From the NCBI RefSeq assembly GCF_009914755.1, contig NC_060930.1: a stretch of DNA of 64,000 nucleotides; one strand, given 5' to 3'. Position numbers and translations under genes: made by a program. How positions within the stretch are numbered: position 1 is the stretch's first letter; every line of letters starts with the position of its first letter. A model generated the notes under the pieces. The model did no database searches. It saw only the letters and a program-made list of their open reading frames with translations, and had not been told where the DNA came from. This document shows positions 33,705 to 47,148 of this stretch, piece after piece. This DNA is from the human T2T-CHM13v2.0 reference genome, Homo sapiens.

Positions 33705-34095
33705 GTGGCAGATCCTTTGAATGGCTACTCCTAAAGCCTTCACAGCCTCTTCTCCCTGTCTTTCCTGCTGGCAGCTCTTCCTTGCAACAGGAGGCAGTCA
33801 AGTGACCCAATACAAGACCATGAGACATAAGTGGAAGTCTTCTTGGACAAATGCCTGAAAGTTGGCATAGCCATCTCCCCCATTTTCCTTTCTTCCTTCT
33901 GGACAAGATGACTTGAATTCAGGGGCCATCTTGAACTTATGAAGGAAAAGGACAAGGGACTCATACACCGTAGGTCCTGACAATGTCTAATTGATAAACA
34001 AAAACCACCAATTCCGGATTTCTTGTTGTATGAAAACAAAAATTTTAATTTAAGCCATTGTAGATGTATTTTGTTTCCTGCAGCTAAAAATTATT
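33705..34095 (+). mobile_element. Old MLT1-type LTR
   Basis: 'gtcaagtgacccaa...atgagacataagtggaagtc...tttaagccattgtag...ttcctgcagcta'. Confidence 0.55.
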
Positions 34096-34267
34096 GCAAC
34101 GAAAATGCGAATGAAATAACTCAAGTTGCAAGGGTTGGAAGATAGAATTGGGCCTATCAGAATATTTTTGGGTTGGCCCCGGATGTTTACGCATATCTAT
34201 GTGTGTGTGCATGTTTATACGAAGTCCCTAATACCTCCCCACTGGTTGTAAACTACTTGTGTAAGGT

Positions 34268-34532
<265 letters not shown>

Positions 34533-34899
34533 AGGTTTCCATAATAGGTCCAGTTTTGTCTCTTTTACACTGCCACAATCAAGAATGAAGAAAAAGAGAA
34601 CCTAGAGAGTTGGTATCGGAAGACAACTTCCATACACATGAAGACTTTTCTAATTTGGTAAGCTTTGAATATCACCAAAAGATTTGAGATATCCTAAGAG
34701 CATGAAATTATAAAAACTGTTAGGGACATTCTTAGAGAATTTATGAAGCTCTATAAGGCTGCACCCATGTGACCAAGTGCTGAGGCGCTTAAGGAAAATC
34801 TGCTTTGCCCAGCCAGGACTCAGGTGCCGCTCTTGTCCTTACACAACCTTGGAACAACCCGCTTCCTCGTCTGTGCAGTCAGCTTCAGCTGACTAAGCC

Positions 34900-37600
34900 A
34901 TTGCGAGCAGTGGGCTCTGTTGCTATTAGTGCCTTGGCCAGATTACTATAAACCATCTGCTGGCTTTCCCTGCATCCATCATCCTGCAAAGATCACAGTT
35001 CAATCTGTTCTACCACACTGGGGCCAAAGCTCCCTGATTGACAATGTTAGTCAATTCAGATGTGAAGATCTTGCCAACAATGGATTGTTTCTTACATCCT
35101 TTATATCCCCTGCCCTGTTTCAGTTTTACAAATAACTTTGATAGTTGGCCTTTGAAATCCAGAGACATTTGCTTGGCTCTCTAACTTTGCAGGAAACAGC
35201 TGGGCAGATGTCTAAACAATATTTTGTCATCCTTCTAAACTTACCACTAGCCCACTGTGAAACAGGTGAAATCAGCCCTTTCTGGCTGTACTAGAACATC
35301 CCCTTAGCACCCTCAGCTTCCTTTTCTCCCCGCTGCCACCTTGTGACTCCCTGACTGGCCAGACCCACCCCCTGGAAAGCCTGTACACGTCTCCCCAGCC
35401 AATCATCTGTCACGTTAGGAAAAGTGGCCTCTCATAAGCAAGCTAGCCTAGGCTTAAGGTTTTATACCATCAGGGCACCAGCTTTTCAATAACCACTGTA
35501 AATCCAAAAGAGTGAACCTGGTGGCACTATTTCAGGCACCAGTGACAGGCTGCTGGGAGACACTGTGTGCCAATACCTGCCCCAAGAATGCCTCGACCCA
35601 GCCTTACTTCATGAGGGGGCCTCTGTGTTCTCCTTACTGTGGGACGACGTGATTACTCTAGCACTTAAAAATAACAAAGTAAAAATAAATGCAAGCTGTA
35701 CATGTTTTATTTGTCCTCTTCCTGCTATCAATTATTACCTAAATCAAGGCATCTTTTTGTTAGTTATATGAGTTAGAAAATGGTGTCCATGTGTGCAGTG
35801 GTGGAAATCCTAGAAGCTTACCCAACCAGTTGACCTGTATCATGCCACTGTAACCACACACAGGCAAAACTTTCCGTCTAAATGAGTCCGAGAAGAAGTC
35901 TACTGGGTCACTTTCCTTCGGATCAGAGTCTCTGCCCAGTAGCCACTAAGTATCATTCGATTGCTCTCCCATAACATGAGTGTTCTCTGCTGTGACTTAG
36001 TCTGTTTTCGTTTCATGAATTTCTTTGTTTATTCTGCTTACTACAAATGAAACATCAACAAATTATTCTCTCATTAAGTGCATTGTTAGACTCTCCCGCA
36101 AATTTTGCAAATTATTCTTTTCAGTGGTATGTGGAAGCTGGCAGAATAAATGATCTGCTGAGTATCTGTCCTGTTTCGGTGGCTCTTGCAGAAAAAAGCA
36201 TGACAATTATGATAGCAATGTTTTGGGTACTTAAGGCTGATGTCATAACTCATTTCGAAAGTCCTTATAATTACCATCTCCACTCATACCTCCTGCCAGA
36301 CTTTTTGAATCTTGTTAAAAGTGTCTTTAAAATCATGAGAAGCATGTTCAAAGCAATTTAAGAAAACAAACTTTACACCTTTGCAAAAATAACCCGCCGG
36401 GAATTATTGGTGTCAATTCCAAACCCTGACAGACTGCGTGGTGTGAATTTCACCTGCCACTTATGAGTTCCCAAAGGCTTGATTCAGGGCAGCTGGAAAG
36501 TAAACAGGAGACTTATGGAAAAATAATTAGTAGGGGACCCCCTGTCCCAGGAGTGTTTTTTATTTCCTTCTCATTCCGTGTGGAATGGACTCCCAGCCTA
36601 AAAATCCTTCCTGTTAGAATATGCCAAACAAGAAATGGGCAGATGCGTTCCTGTCTGGGGTGCAAAGCAAGCTTATGCTGCTCACTGTTACTGGGAGCAA
36701 AACAAACCAACATGTAGACAAAATGTACTACCAGGCATATGAAGTTACGGATGGACGATTTCACCTGAGGTGCTTCAATGAATTATCAGTTCAATTAACC
36801 AGTCCTACTGTGAGCTCTTCTCTCCTCTTATGTCCCTGGTGAGCCCTCAAAGGAAGCCTCTGCTCTTCCAGGTGTGAAACAAGCACAATGATAAGCTCAC
36901 ATATTAGTCATGTCATCAAGGATTGGTCTCACAGCCCTGTCTCTGTGTCTGTCTCACTTTACTTGCCTGAGCCTATAAGACCAACACAGAAATGTGCAAG
37001 GGGAATGTCTGTTTTTTTCGCTGTCTTCATCACAGCCTCTTTTCTTATTCCTGCTGTTGATGCTGTCTCTCTAGCTCTACTAACTTCCATCTGGGTGCCA
37101 ATTCTGTCCTGCAAAGCCAGATGGAATTACAACCCAACACTGCATGGTTTGGGTGCAAGTAGGTTACCTACTTGTTCTATACATCCTATCAGTACTTAGA
37201 TAAATGAGAATCTTTGGACATCATAAAATAATGATTACTTTTTAGTTTACATGTTCAAAGGGCATGAAGAGATACAGGAGGGAGAGTCTTATTCAGTTTC
37301 TTTTTTCTAACTACATGCTTTCAATCAATTCAATGGGATTATATGGTAAACTTATAAGGAAGTAATTTTGTGTCTATTCTCTGCTAATCTGGGAAAAAAA
37401 TAGGGGAAATGGTAGTGCTATAATGCAGTGAATTAGCTCAGGCTTAACAAGTTCCTGCAATGACTGCTTTGTTAGGTAAATGATATCTTCACATGCTTTA
37501 AGGATTAGAAAAACCCAGTGCTGGAGAGACAAAAATGGATCTGTCAAACAATCTGAATGAACCCTGCCAGAAGTTTTCCTTACTTTTACTTCTAGAGGAA
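34900..37600. other. Longest apparently repeat-free block; candidate conserved or regulatory DNA
   Basis: About 2.7 kb with no repeat I recognise and no credible ORF. Confidence 0.3.
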
Positions 37601-37659
37601 ATTAGGCTTAGTATTAATTTTGTGATAAATTTTTTAAACCCTCAAAAAGTCTTTGAGAA

Positions 37660-37820
37660 GGCTGAGCATGGTGGCACGTGCCTATAGTCCCAGCTACTCG
37701 GGAGGCAATGCAGGAAGATTGCTTGAGCCCAGGAGTCTGAGGCCAAAGTGCGCAATGATCACACTTGTGAATATTCACTGCACTCCAGTCTGGGCAACAC
37801 TGTGAGAACTTGTCTTAAAA
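37660..37820 (+). mobile_element. FAM (fossil Alu monomer)
   Basis: Monomer with 7SL-like 'gcaatgatcacacttgtgaatattcactgcactccag'; TSD tctttgagaa. Confidence 0.85.
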
Positions 37821-37869
37821 ATATTTTTTAATCTTTGAGAAGTAATACATTTAACAATGTAATATTTAA

Positions 37870-38480
37870 AGGCAGTGTTTGGCTTCACACTGACATAGTT
37901 TCAAATCCTGGCTCTGCCACTCATCAGCTGTATGACCTTGGACATTGGACAGATTAGTAAGACTCAGTTTCCTCATCTACAAAAGAGGAATGAGAGGATT
38001 TCTTTCTTTCTTTTTTTTTTTTGAGATGAAGTCTCACACTGTCGTCTTGGCTCACTGCAGCCTCCACCTCCTGGGTTCAAGCGATTTTCCTGCCTCAGCC
38101 TCCCAAGTAGCTGGGACTACAGGCGTGCCCCACCACACCCAGCTAATTTTTGTATTTTTAGTAGAGACGAGGTTTCACTATGTTGGCCAGGCTGGTCTCG
38201 AACTCCTGACCTCGTGATCTGCCAACCTCGGCCTCCCAAAGTGCTGGGATTACAGGCATGAGACACCGCGCCCAGCCGAGAGGATTTCTATGAGGTTTAA
38301 TGTGAGACATCATGTATATAAAAGTGGTATAACATAATAGTGATGAGGAATCCCTGACTTGGGATCAGATCCAGGCACAGCTTATTAGTTAGGTGACTTT
38401 GTGAAGATTATTTAACTTCTCTGAACTTCAAAGGTGCTGTGATTCGTATGTTACAGTGCTGCTGGAGTTTCAGTGAGACT
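37870..38480 (+). mobile_element. MIR fragments, one interrupted by Alu
   Basis: 'ttcaaatcctggctctgccactcatcagctgtatgaccttgg...ctcagtttcctcatct'. Confidence 0.75.
38004..38277 (-). mobile_element. AluS with an internal deletion
   Basis: Antisense dimer; TSD gagaggatttct. Confidence 0.93.
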
Positions 38481-38486
38481 CTAGTA

Positions 38487-38853
38487 CAGGGGTTGGCAAA
38501 CTTCTCTCTCTCTCACTCTCTCTTAAAAGCAAGGTCTCACTATGCTGCCCAGGCTGGACTTGAACTCCTGGGCTCAAGCAATCCTCCTGCTTCAGCTTCC
38601 TGAGTAGCTAGGACTACAGGCATACACCACTATGCTCGACTACACTTTTCTTTAAAGGCTAAAATGGTAAATATATTAGGTTTTGCAGGCCACATGGTCT
38701 CTGTCACAACTACTCAACTCTGCCCTTGTTGCACAAAAGCAGTCATAGAGAATATTTAAATGAATAGGTGTGGCTGTGTTCCAAAAAAATTTTACTCACA
38801 AAAACAGGTGGTGGGTCAGATTTTGTCCATGAGCCATAATTTGCCAATTCCTG
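38487..38853 (-). mobile_element. MER58A (hAT) containing a FLAM (~38510-38640)
   Basis: TIRs caggggttggcaaa...ttgccaattcctg; 8-bp TSD ctctagta/ctctggta. Confidence 0.88.
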
Positions 38854-39619
38854 CTCTGGTAGATGATCGATAAATGATAGCTCTAGGAAGAAACAATCTT
38901 ATTAATTAAGATAATTGATAACAGATGAGATATAAAGTAAAAAACATTGAAGATTCTAATCTTTCTTTAGACATATGTAAGATTTTCCACAATTACTCCA
39001 TGTTAGATTTTCATATGGATTTTATGAATAATAGTGCAGGTCACTTCCTTCTGACAAAATCTTTTTTTTTAAGTTGTAATTTCTGGCAAAAAAAAAAAAA
39101 ACAACAAAAAACAAAGACAAAAAGACACGTTTTCAAGACAATACACAAATCTACATGTTTTTATTACATGTATTAAGTAAAAAGAATTACAAAACTGAAA
39201 AAAAAAGCAAAATCCCAAAACACAAATTATGCACAATAGTAGAACTGGCAGTACTCCCTCAAAGACTCCAAAACAACGAGAAATCATCTGACATCAACTA
39301 GGTTATGAGAGAGAAAAGAAGAAAGTGTGACAACAAAATTAGAACATGCACCAATACAGAAAGACTTCAATAAACTTGTAAACATTGGGAAGAAATAACA
39401 AAAGAAATTAATGGATTTGTAAAAGATAGAATTAAAGGCAAATGCTTCATGGTGCACTTAGAAAACAGAAGCTGCAGGTAAATAACACAGCAATCAGTAA
39501 AAATAGAAAATTAAATGGCATACTGAAAATAAAGAACAAGAAGATCCAACTTAAGGATAATAAACTAAATAGATGAGGCTGTAATGTAAATCACCGTGTA
39601 CAGTCACTGCTAGTTGCTA

Positions 39620-39875
39620 ATTTTATATCCACTCTTAAGAGCATGAGAGAACCACGATGAAGAAAGTCATGTGCTAAGAAAGGCAGAGAAGAAAAGCTGA
39701 AGAAATCTGGGTGATTGACAGAAACCATGATTAATGACATCACGGAGCTACTAGACCAGCCCGGGCCTGCCTGTCTCCATGCTTCTTGGAACGTGAGAAA
39801 AATAAACTGTATTTGATTATGTTCCTTTATTCAGGTTCTCTTACATGCAGGTGAATATAATCCCTAACTGATGTT
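39620..39875 (+). mobile_element. MLT1-type LTR fragment
   Basis: 'atgacatcacggagctactagaccagccc...cttcttggaacgtgagaaaaataaac'. Confidence 0.55.
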
Positions 39876-39924
39876 CATACTACATATTATCAAATCTAGA
39901 ATGCTGTAGATTTTAAGATGCCCC

Positions 39925-40151
39925 TTTTTTTAAATTATACTTTAAGTTTTAGGGTACACGTGCAAAACGTGCAGGTTAGTAATATATGTATACATGTGCC
40001 ATCTTGGTGTGCTGCACCCATTAACTCGTCTTTTAACTTTAGGTATATCTCCTAATGCTATCCCTCCCCGCTCCCCCCACCCCACAACAAGCCCCGGTGT
40101 GTGATGTTCCCCTTCCTGTGTCCATGTGTTCTCATTGTTCAATTCCCACCT
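39925..40151 (-). mobile_element. L1PA (about PA3-PA5) 3' fragment
   Basis: 'attatactttaagttttagggtacacgtgc...attgttcaattcccacct'; no TSD seen. Confidence 0.93.
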
Positions 40152-40826
40152 TTGTGCACAACTTACTACTAAGGAAACAAATCTTACCAATTATGCTATA
40201 ACACAATGCCAAGATAGTCATATTAGATATGAGACTTGAACACACCTAGCTTTCTTACTTTGACATTTCTTTTGCTTATTCTGAAGGATTTTTCAGTTTC
40301 TCTGGACATCCATTTCATTGTAGGAGGATGATAAGCAATCCTTTCAGACATATTTCAGTGACTAAACCAAATCTACTTGTGGATATCTTTTCTTCAGTTC
40401 CACTTGGCTTTTGCTTTTCAAAACCACCTCATATTTTGTGCTTTGCACAAAAGCACCTGACCAAGAGGGACAAATGGGAGCTGAAATCCAGCTTGCACTC
40501 GAATATTCTGGCATGTGGCTGCCACCAAAAACAGAGACAGAAACATACTTGCGACGCATCTGCCTGAGGAGAGGACTTCTTCTGGTTTGCACAATGGGTC
40601 GGTGTGTGGTACCTGTAACCCTGGCACTGAGGTATGGTGCAAAAAAGGAAAAACACGTTTCCTCACTTCATAGCTTTTCTAGGGAAGAGAGATTGCAAAG
40701 AATGAAGTGTGATGATGGCTGTGAAGAAGGTCCCAGGCTCTGGGACACAGGACAAGCACGACTAACATAGGGGGTCAGGAAAGGCCGACACCTGCTGAGC
40801 GGGAGTTAGCTGGGTGAAGGGACAGT

Positions 40827-42131
40827 TGAGATACAACAGCGTGCTGTCAGCCCTCACAGCCCTCACTCGGTCTCGGTGCCTCCTCGGCCTCAGCGCCCAC
40901 TCTGGCCGCGCTTGAGAAGCCCTTCAGCCCACCGCTGCACCGTGGGAGCCCCTTTCTGGGCTGGCCAAGGCCGGAGCCGGCTCCCTCAGCTTGCGGGGAG
41001 ATGTGGAGGAAGAGGCGCGGGCAGGAACCGGGGCTGTAAGGGGCGCTTGCGGGCCAGCGCGAGTTCCGGGTGGGCGTAGGCTCGGCCGGCCCCGCACTCG
41101 GAGCGGCTGGCATACCTGCAAGCCCCGGGCAGTGAGGGGCTTAGCACCTGGGCCAGCAGCTGCTGTGCTCCATTTCTCGCCGGGCCTTAGCTGCCTCCCC
41201 GCGGGGCAGGGCTTGGGACGTGCAGCCCGCCATGTCTGAGCCTCCCCTACCCTCTCCTGACGGGCTCCTGCGCGGCCTGAGGCTCCCCTACGAGCGCCGC
41301 TCCCTGCTCCATGGGGCGCCCAGTACCATCGACCGCCCAAGAGCTGAGAAGTGCGGGCGCACAGCGTGAAACTGGCAAGCAGCTCCACCTGTGGCCCCAA
41401 TACCAGATCCACTGGGTGAAGCCTGCTGGGTTCCTGAGTCTGGTTGGGACTTGGAGACTCTTTATGTCTAGCTAAGGGATTGTAAATACACCAATCAGCA
41501 CTCTGTATCTAGCTCAAGGTTTGTAAACACACCAATCAGCACTCTGTGTCTAGCTCAGGGTTTGTAAATACACCAATTGACACTCTGTATCTAGCTAATG
41601 TAGTGGGGAGGTGGAGAACTTTTGCCTCTAGCTCAGGGATTGTCAATGCACCAATCAGCACCCTGTGAAAATGGACCAATCAACTGTCTGTAAAACAGAC
41701 CAATCAGCTCTCTGTAAAATGAACTAATCAGCAGGATGTGGGTGGGGCCAGATAAGAGAATAAAAGCAGACTGCCTGAACCAGGAGTGCCAAATTGCTCC
41801 ACTATACTTTCATATTGTGGTGGTTATGTTTTTTGGGTTTAGGCTGCTTTTATGAGCTGAAAAATTGTGAAAGTACGTAGCTTTACTCCGGAAGCCAGTA
41901 TAAGCTATGAACCCACGAGGAGGAAAAAACAATTTTAATGTATATTGCTTTAAGTGCGGTAAGTCACCACGAAGTATATGCAGTCTTTACTTCCGACCCG
42001 GCATAGACCATGAGCTCTCGAGAAAAACTGACCGCATCAGAAGGAACAAACTCCAGACACACTCTCCTTAACTGTAACATTCGTGTGACAACAACAACTT
42101 CCTTGTTGAAGTCAGACCAATTCTGGACACA
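40827..42131 (+). mobile_element. LTR12C/D, first copy of a tandem pair
   Basis: 'tgagatacaacagcgtgctg' start; CpG-rich U3; CCAAT repeats; ends 'aattctggacaca'; R-U5 heavily diverged. Confidence 0.93.
41700..41964 (+). promoter_or_regulatory. LTR12 core promoter and candidate first exon with a new splice donor
   Basis: CCAAT, 'ggtgggg' and GATA motifs; TATA-like AATAAA 41759-41764; donor GCG|GTAAGT with GT at 41959-41960. Confidence 0.5.
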
Positions 42132-42138
42132 GTGGTAG

Positions 42139-43546
42139 TGAGAGAGAACGGTATGGCAGTACCCTTCACTTGCTCTCAGTTCCTCTTTGTCCTCTGCTCA
42201 TTCTGGTTGTGCTTGACAAGCCTTTCGGCTCAGCGCTATACCGTGGGAGCTCTTTAGCTGACTGAGGCCGGAAGCAGCCGCGTTGGGTTGCAGGGAGGTG
42301 CGGCAGGAGAGGCACGGGCGGGAACCTGTACTGCACGCAGGTGGGCGTGGTGAGCCTTGCACTGAGAGCAGCAAGGGGCTTAGCACCTGGGCCAGCAGCT
42401 ATGGAAGGTGTGCTGGATTCCCCCAGCAGTGCTGGCCCACGAGTTCTGTGTTCAATTTCTTGCTGGGCCTTAACTGCCTCCTGGCAGGCTATTTGTATGG
42501 CTCAGGACCAGCAGCCCGTCATGCCTGAGTCTCCCCATCTTTTTGTGGCCTCCTGTGCCGCTTGAGTTTCCCAGATGAGCGCTGCCCCCTCTTTCAGGGC
42601 ACCTGGTCCCATCCGCTGCCCAAGGGCTGAGGAGTGGGGGGGTGCGTGGTGTGGGACTCATAGGTAGCTCCACCTACAGCCCCAGTGTGTGATTCCACTG
42701 GGTGAAGCCAGTTGGGCTCCTGAGTCTAGTGGGGACTTAGAGAATCTTTGTCTAGCTAAGGGATTGTAAATACGCCAATCAGCACACTGCGTCTAGCTCA
42801 GGGTTTGTGGATGCACCAGTCGGCACTATCTGGCTCAAGGTTTGTAAATGCACCTATCAGCCCTCTTGTCTGCAAAGTTTGTAAATGCACCAATCAGCGT
42901 TCTGTCTACAAGGTTTGTAAATGCACCAGTCAGCACTCTGGCTACAAGGTTTGTAAATGCATCAATCAGCACTCTGTCTAGCTCAGGGTTTGTAAATACA
43001 CCAACTGACACTCTGTGTCTAGCTAATCTAGTGGGGAGGTGGAGAACTTTTGTGTCTAGCTCAGGAATTGTAAATGCACCAATCAGCACCCTGTCAAAAC
43101 GGACCAATCAGCTGTCTGTAAAACAGACCAATCGGCTCTCGGTAAAATGGACCAATCAGCAGGATGTGGGTGGGGCCAGATAATAAAAGCAGGCTGCCGG
43201 AGCCGGCAGTGGCAAGCCGCTCGTGTCCCTTTCCACCCTGAAAATTTTGTTTTTTTGTTCTTTGCAATAAGTCATGCTGCTGCTCCCTAGGTTCACCCTG
43301 CCTTTGTGAGCTGTAACACTCACCGTGAAAGTCTGCAGCTTGACTCTTGAGCCAGTAAGACCAGGAGCCCACCAGAAGGAGGAAACTCCGAACACATCTG
43401 AATATCAGAAGGAACAGAACACATCTGAATATCAGAAGGAACAAACTCCGGACACGCTACCTTTAAAAACTGTAATACTCACCGCGAGGGTCTGCGGTTT
43501 CATTCATGAAGTCAGTGAGACAAAGAACTCACCAATTCCGGACACA
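42139..43546 (+). mobile_element. LTR12, second copy of the tandem pair
   Basis: Starts 'tgagagag' 7 bp after copy 1; diverged U3 start; CCAAT repeats; ends 'aattccggacaca'. Confidence 0.92.
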
Positions 43547-43672
43547 GTGGGAGCAAAGGCATGGCAGGAGGAGAGAACTGCGTGTGTGAGGAATAAAAAC
43601 AACATGTTGCAATTGAGGAAGGCGTGAATTTATGGGGAGAATACAGAGATGAAGACTTAAAACGGTAAGAGA

Positions 43673-43961
43673 GGACGGGTGCACTGGCTCACGCCTATAA
43701 TCCCTGCACTTGGGGAGGCTGAGGGTGGGGGTATCACTTAAGGTCAGGAGTTCAAGACCAGCCTGGCCAACATGGTGAAACTCCATCTCTACTAAAAATA
43801 CCAAAATTAGTCCGGGCGCAGTCGCCTGCGCCTATAGTCTCAGCTACTTGGGAGGCTGAGGCAGGAGAATCGCTTGAACCAGGAGGTGGTAGGTGCAGTA
43901 AGCTGAGATCATGTCACTGCACTCAAGCCTTGGTGACAGAACGAGATTCCACTTCAATAAA
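43673..43961 (+). mobile_element. AluS within L2 remnants
   Basis: Sense dimer. Confidence 0.92.
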
Positions 43962-44599
43962 ATGAGAAAACAATATATTGGCCAAAAAAATTAATGGATT
44001 TGAGAAACATTTAGAAGGTGCAAGTGACAAAATAATTAGATTGGCTTGTGGGGAGAGAAGGGTATAGGGAAGAATGCAGGTAAGAAAACAAAACAGCCCA
44101 GGAGAAGATAAGGGGAGAATAGATGGTCGTGCCATTTATTTAACTAGGGAAGAAGAGCAGGTGTAGTCTAGAGACCAGATTATTGCATTTTGAACATGTT
44201 GAGTCTCCTGCAATATCCAGCTGGAGACGACAGGTCCTTCCATCTCTCCTCCCTCACCTCCAGCCATGCTCCTCTTGTATATTTCCTCTTCCATGTTCTC
44301 CCTCCTGAGTCCAAGACCTCCCAACCTCAGGTCTTAAATTCCCATCAAAGAAAGCAAACAAAAATTTTTTAAAACAAAATAAATGAAAATGATTGATTAT
44401 ACTCCCCAGAGAAGGCATTCACAGCAAGACATGTAACAAACTATTTCATATCAGAATCAAGCATCTGCAGTTGGATTATGGCCTCTGCTCTGGAGCTTCT
44501 CCCAAACGATGAGTGGGTAATTAATCCTGTATCTGCTGAGGAAAAATGGTCTCCAGTGGGATCTGTCTCAGGAGACATCAAGAAAGTAACGCCTCTCGA

Positions 44600-44849
44600 G
44601 TAGCTGAGGTGGGCGGATCATGAGGTGAAGAGTTCGAGACCATCCTGGCCAACATAGTGAACCCTGTTTCTACTAAAAATACAAAAATTGGCTGGGCGGG
44701 GTGACACGCGCGTGTAATCTCAGCTACTCGGGAGGCTGAGGCAGGAAAATCACTTGAATCCGGGAAGCAGACGTTGCAGTGAGCCGAGACCGTGCCACTG
44801 CAGCCACTGCACTCCAGCTTGGCAATAGAATGAGGTTCCGTCTCAAAAA
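44600..44849 (+). mobile_element. 5'-truncated AluS (Sc/Sg-like)
   Basis: Starts at 'gctgaggtgggcggatca'; short A tail. Confidence 0.9.
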
Positions 44850-44913
44850 ATTAAACTGACGCTTCCCCAACTTATATAATTGCAGAATTCATTCAAGTTA
44901 ACTATTAATATGC

Positions 44914-45288
44914 TGTTATGGATTGAATTGGGACCCCCTCAAAATTTATGTATTGAAATCCTAACCCCAGTACCTCAAAATAAGACCTTACTTGGAAACA
45001 GGATCTTTACAGAGGTAATCAAGTCAAATGAGGTCATGAAGGTGGGCTGTATTCCAAAATGAATGGTATCCTTATAAAGAGGGACACAAAAACTGGCACA
45101 GAAGGAAGACATGTTAAGAAAATGGGCATCCACAAGCCCAGGAGAGATGCCTGGAACAGATCCTGCCTTCTCAGTCCTCAGAGGGAACCAACCCTGTTTG
45201 GACTTCTAGCACAACTGTGAGACAATCCATTTCTTTAAGCCATCCGGTCTGTGGCACTTGGTCACAGCAGACCCAGAAAAGGAATGTC
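44914..45288 (+). mobile_element. MLT1B-like LTR
   Basis: 'tgttatggattgaattgggacccc...gaaatcctaaccccagtacctca...tttaagccatccggtctgtggcact'. Confidence 0.85.
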
Positions 45289-45989
45289 CAGGAACACACT
45301 TAGGGAAAACACTGAGGAAGGGACAGCATAGCCTGCCTGATGGACCATAAAAAAGTAAGAGTTACTATCATTATTTGATTTTAAGGTGGAATAAATAAAA
45401 TCATATAATCATAAAAGGTATAATAAACAAGGGCCTGAGAATACCAGAACATCACAAAAGGAAAAAATAGGCAGAAAGAGAACGATAATTTGAAATGTCA
45501 GTGTTTCATATAACAAATCAGGAGTATTCAGATTTGATGAAGAAAGTGCGGAGTTGATAAGTGTAATAAATTAGATAGAATTAACAGTCATGCATTTGAT
45601 AGAATACATGATAGAATCATATCAGAAGCTAATATACTTTTTGCCATGAATGTGTCATCAAAAATATCAAATAAAGCACAAAAATTTCTTCATATAAAGA
45701 AAAAGACAGATTCTCCATACTACTTTCCCAAAGTAAAAAGGCATACAATTTGAGATTAAAAAAATTCAAAATTCCTTAAAATTTTTAACTAATCTCCTAA
45801 ATAATAACCTACATTAGAGAAGAAATCTACAAATAACCCCAATATATTCTAAAAAATATATAGTCATATAATGCACACACATTGATCAATTATAAAGTGC
45901 GTATGGCTAATGCATAATTGTGTAAGCAATATACAAGGAAATGCATCAAAATAATCATGTTGTCTTTGCGTTGTGGAAGTGAGCCATAA

Positions 45990-46350
<361 letters not shown>

Positions 46351-46614
46351 TATCTCCTTTTTAAAAAAGAAGAGAGGCATCGAAAGAGTAGGAAAAGGAG
46401 AACTAATAAAGCAAGCATAAATAAAGTAGGAAAAAAACTGTAGAATCAGTAACAGAAGATTCTTTGACAATTTTTTAAAGTGTTAATCATTGAAATAAAA
46501 GGAAAACCCAAATTATTAATATTCAGTGTAAGAAAAAGCTATAATTTAAACCAAAATTTTTTATTTCACTGAAATGGAGAGATTTTTTTTCAATTTTTAT
46601 GTTAAAACCCTTTA

Positions 46615-47148
<534 letters not shown>

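Noticed and set aside
41907-42071. 54-codon ORF MNPRGGKNNFNVYCFKCGKSPRSIC... with a zinc-knuckle-like CFKCG
   Set aside because: It lacks the His of the CX2CX4HX4C pattern and derives from mutated LTR U5 sequence; probably coincidence unless ribosome profiling supports it.
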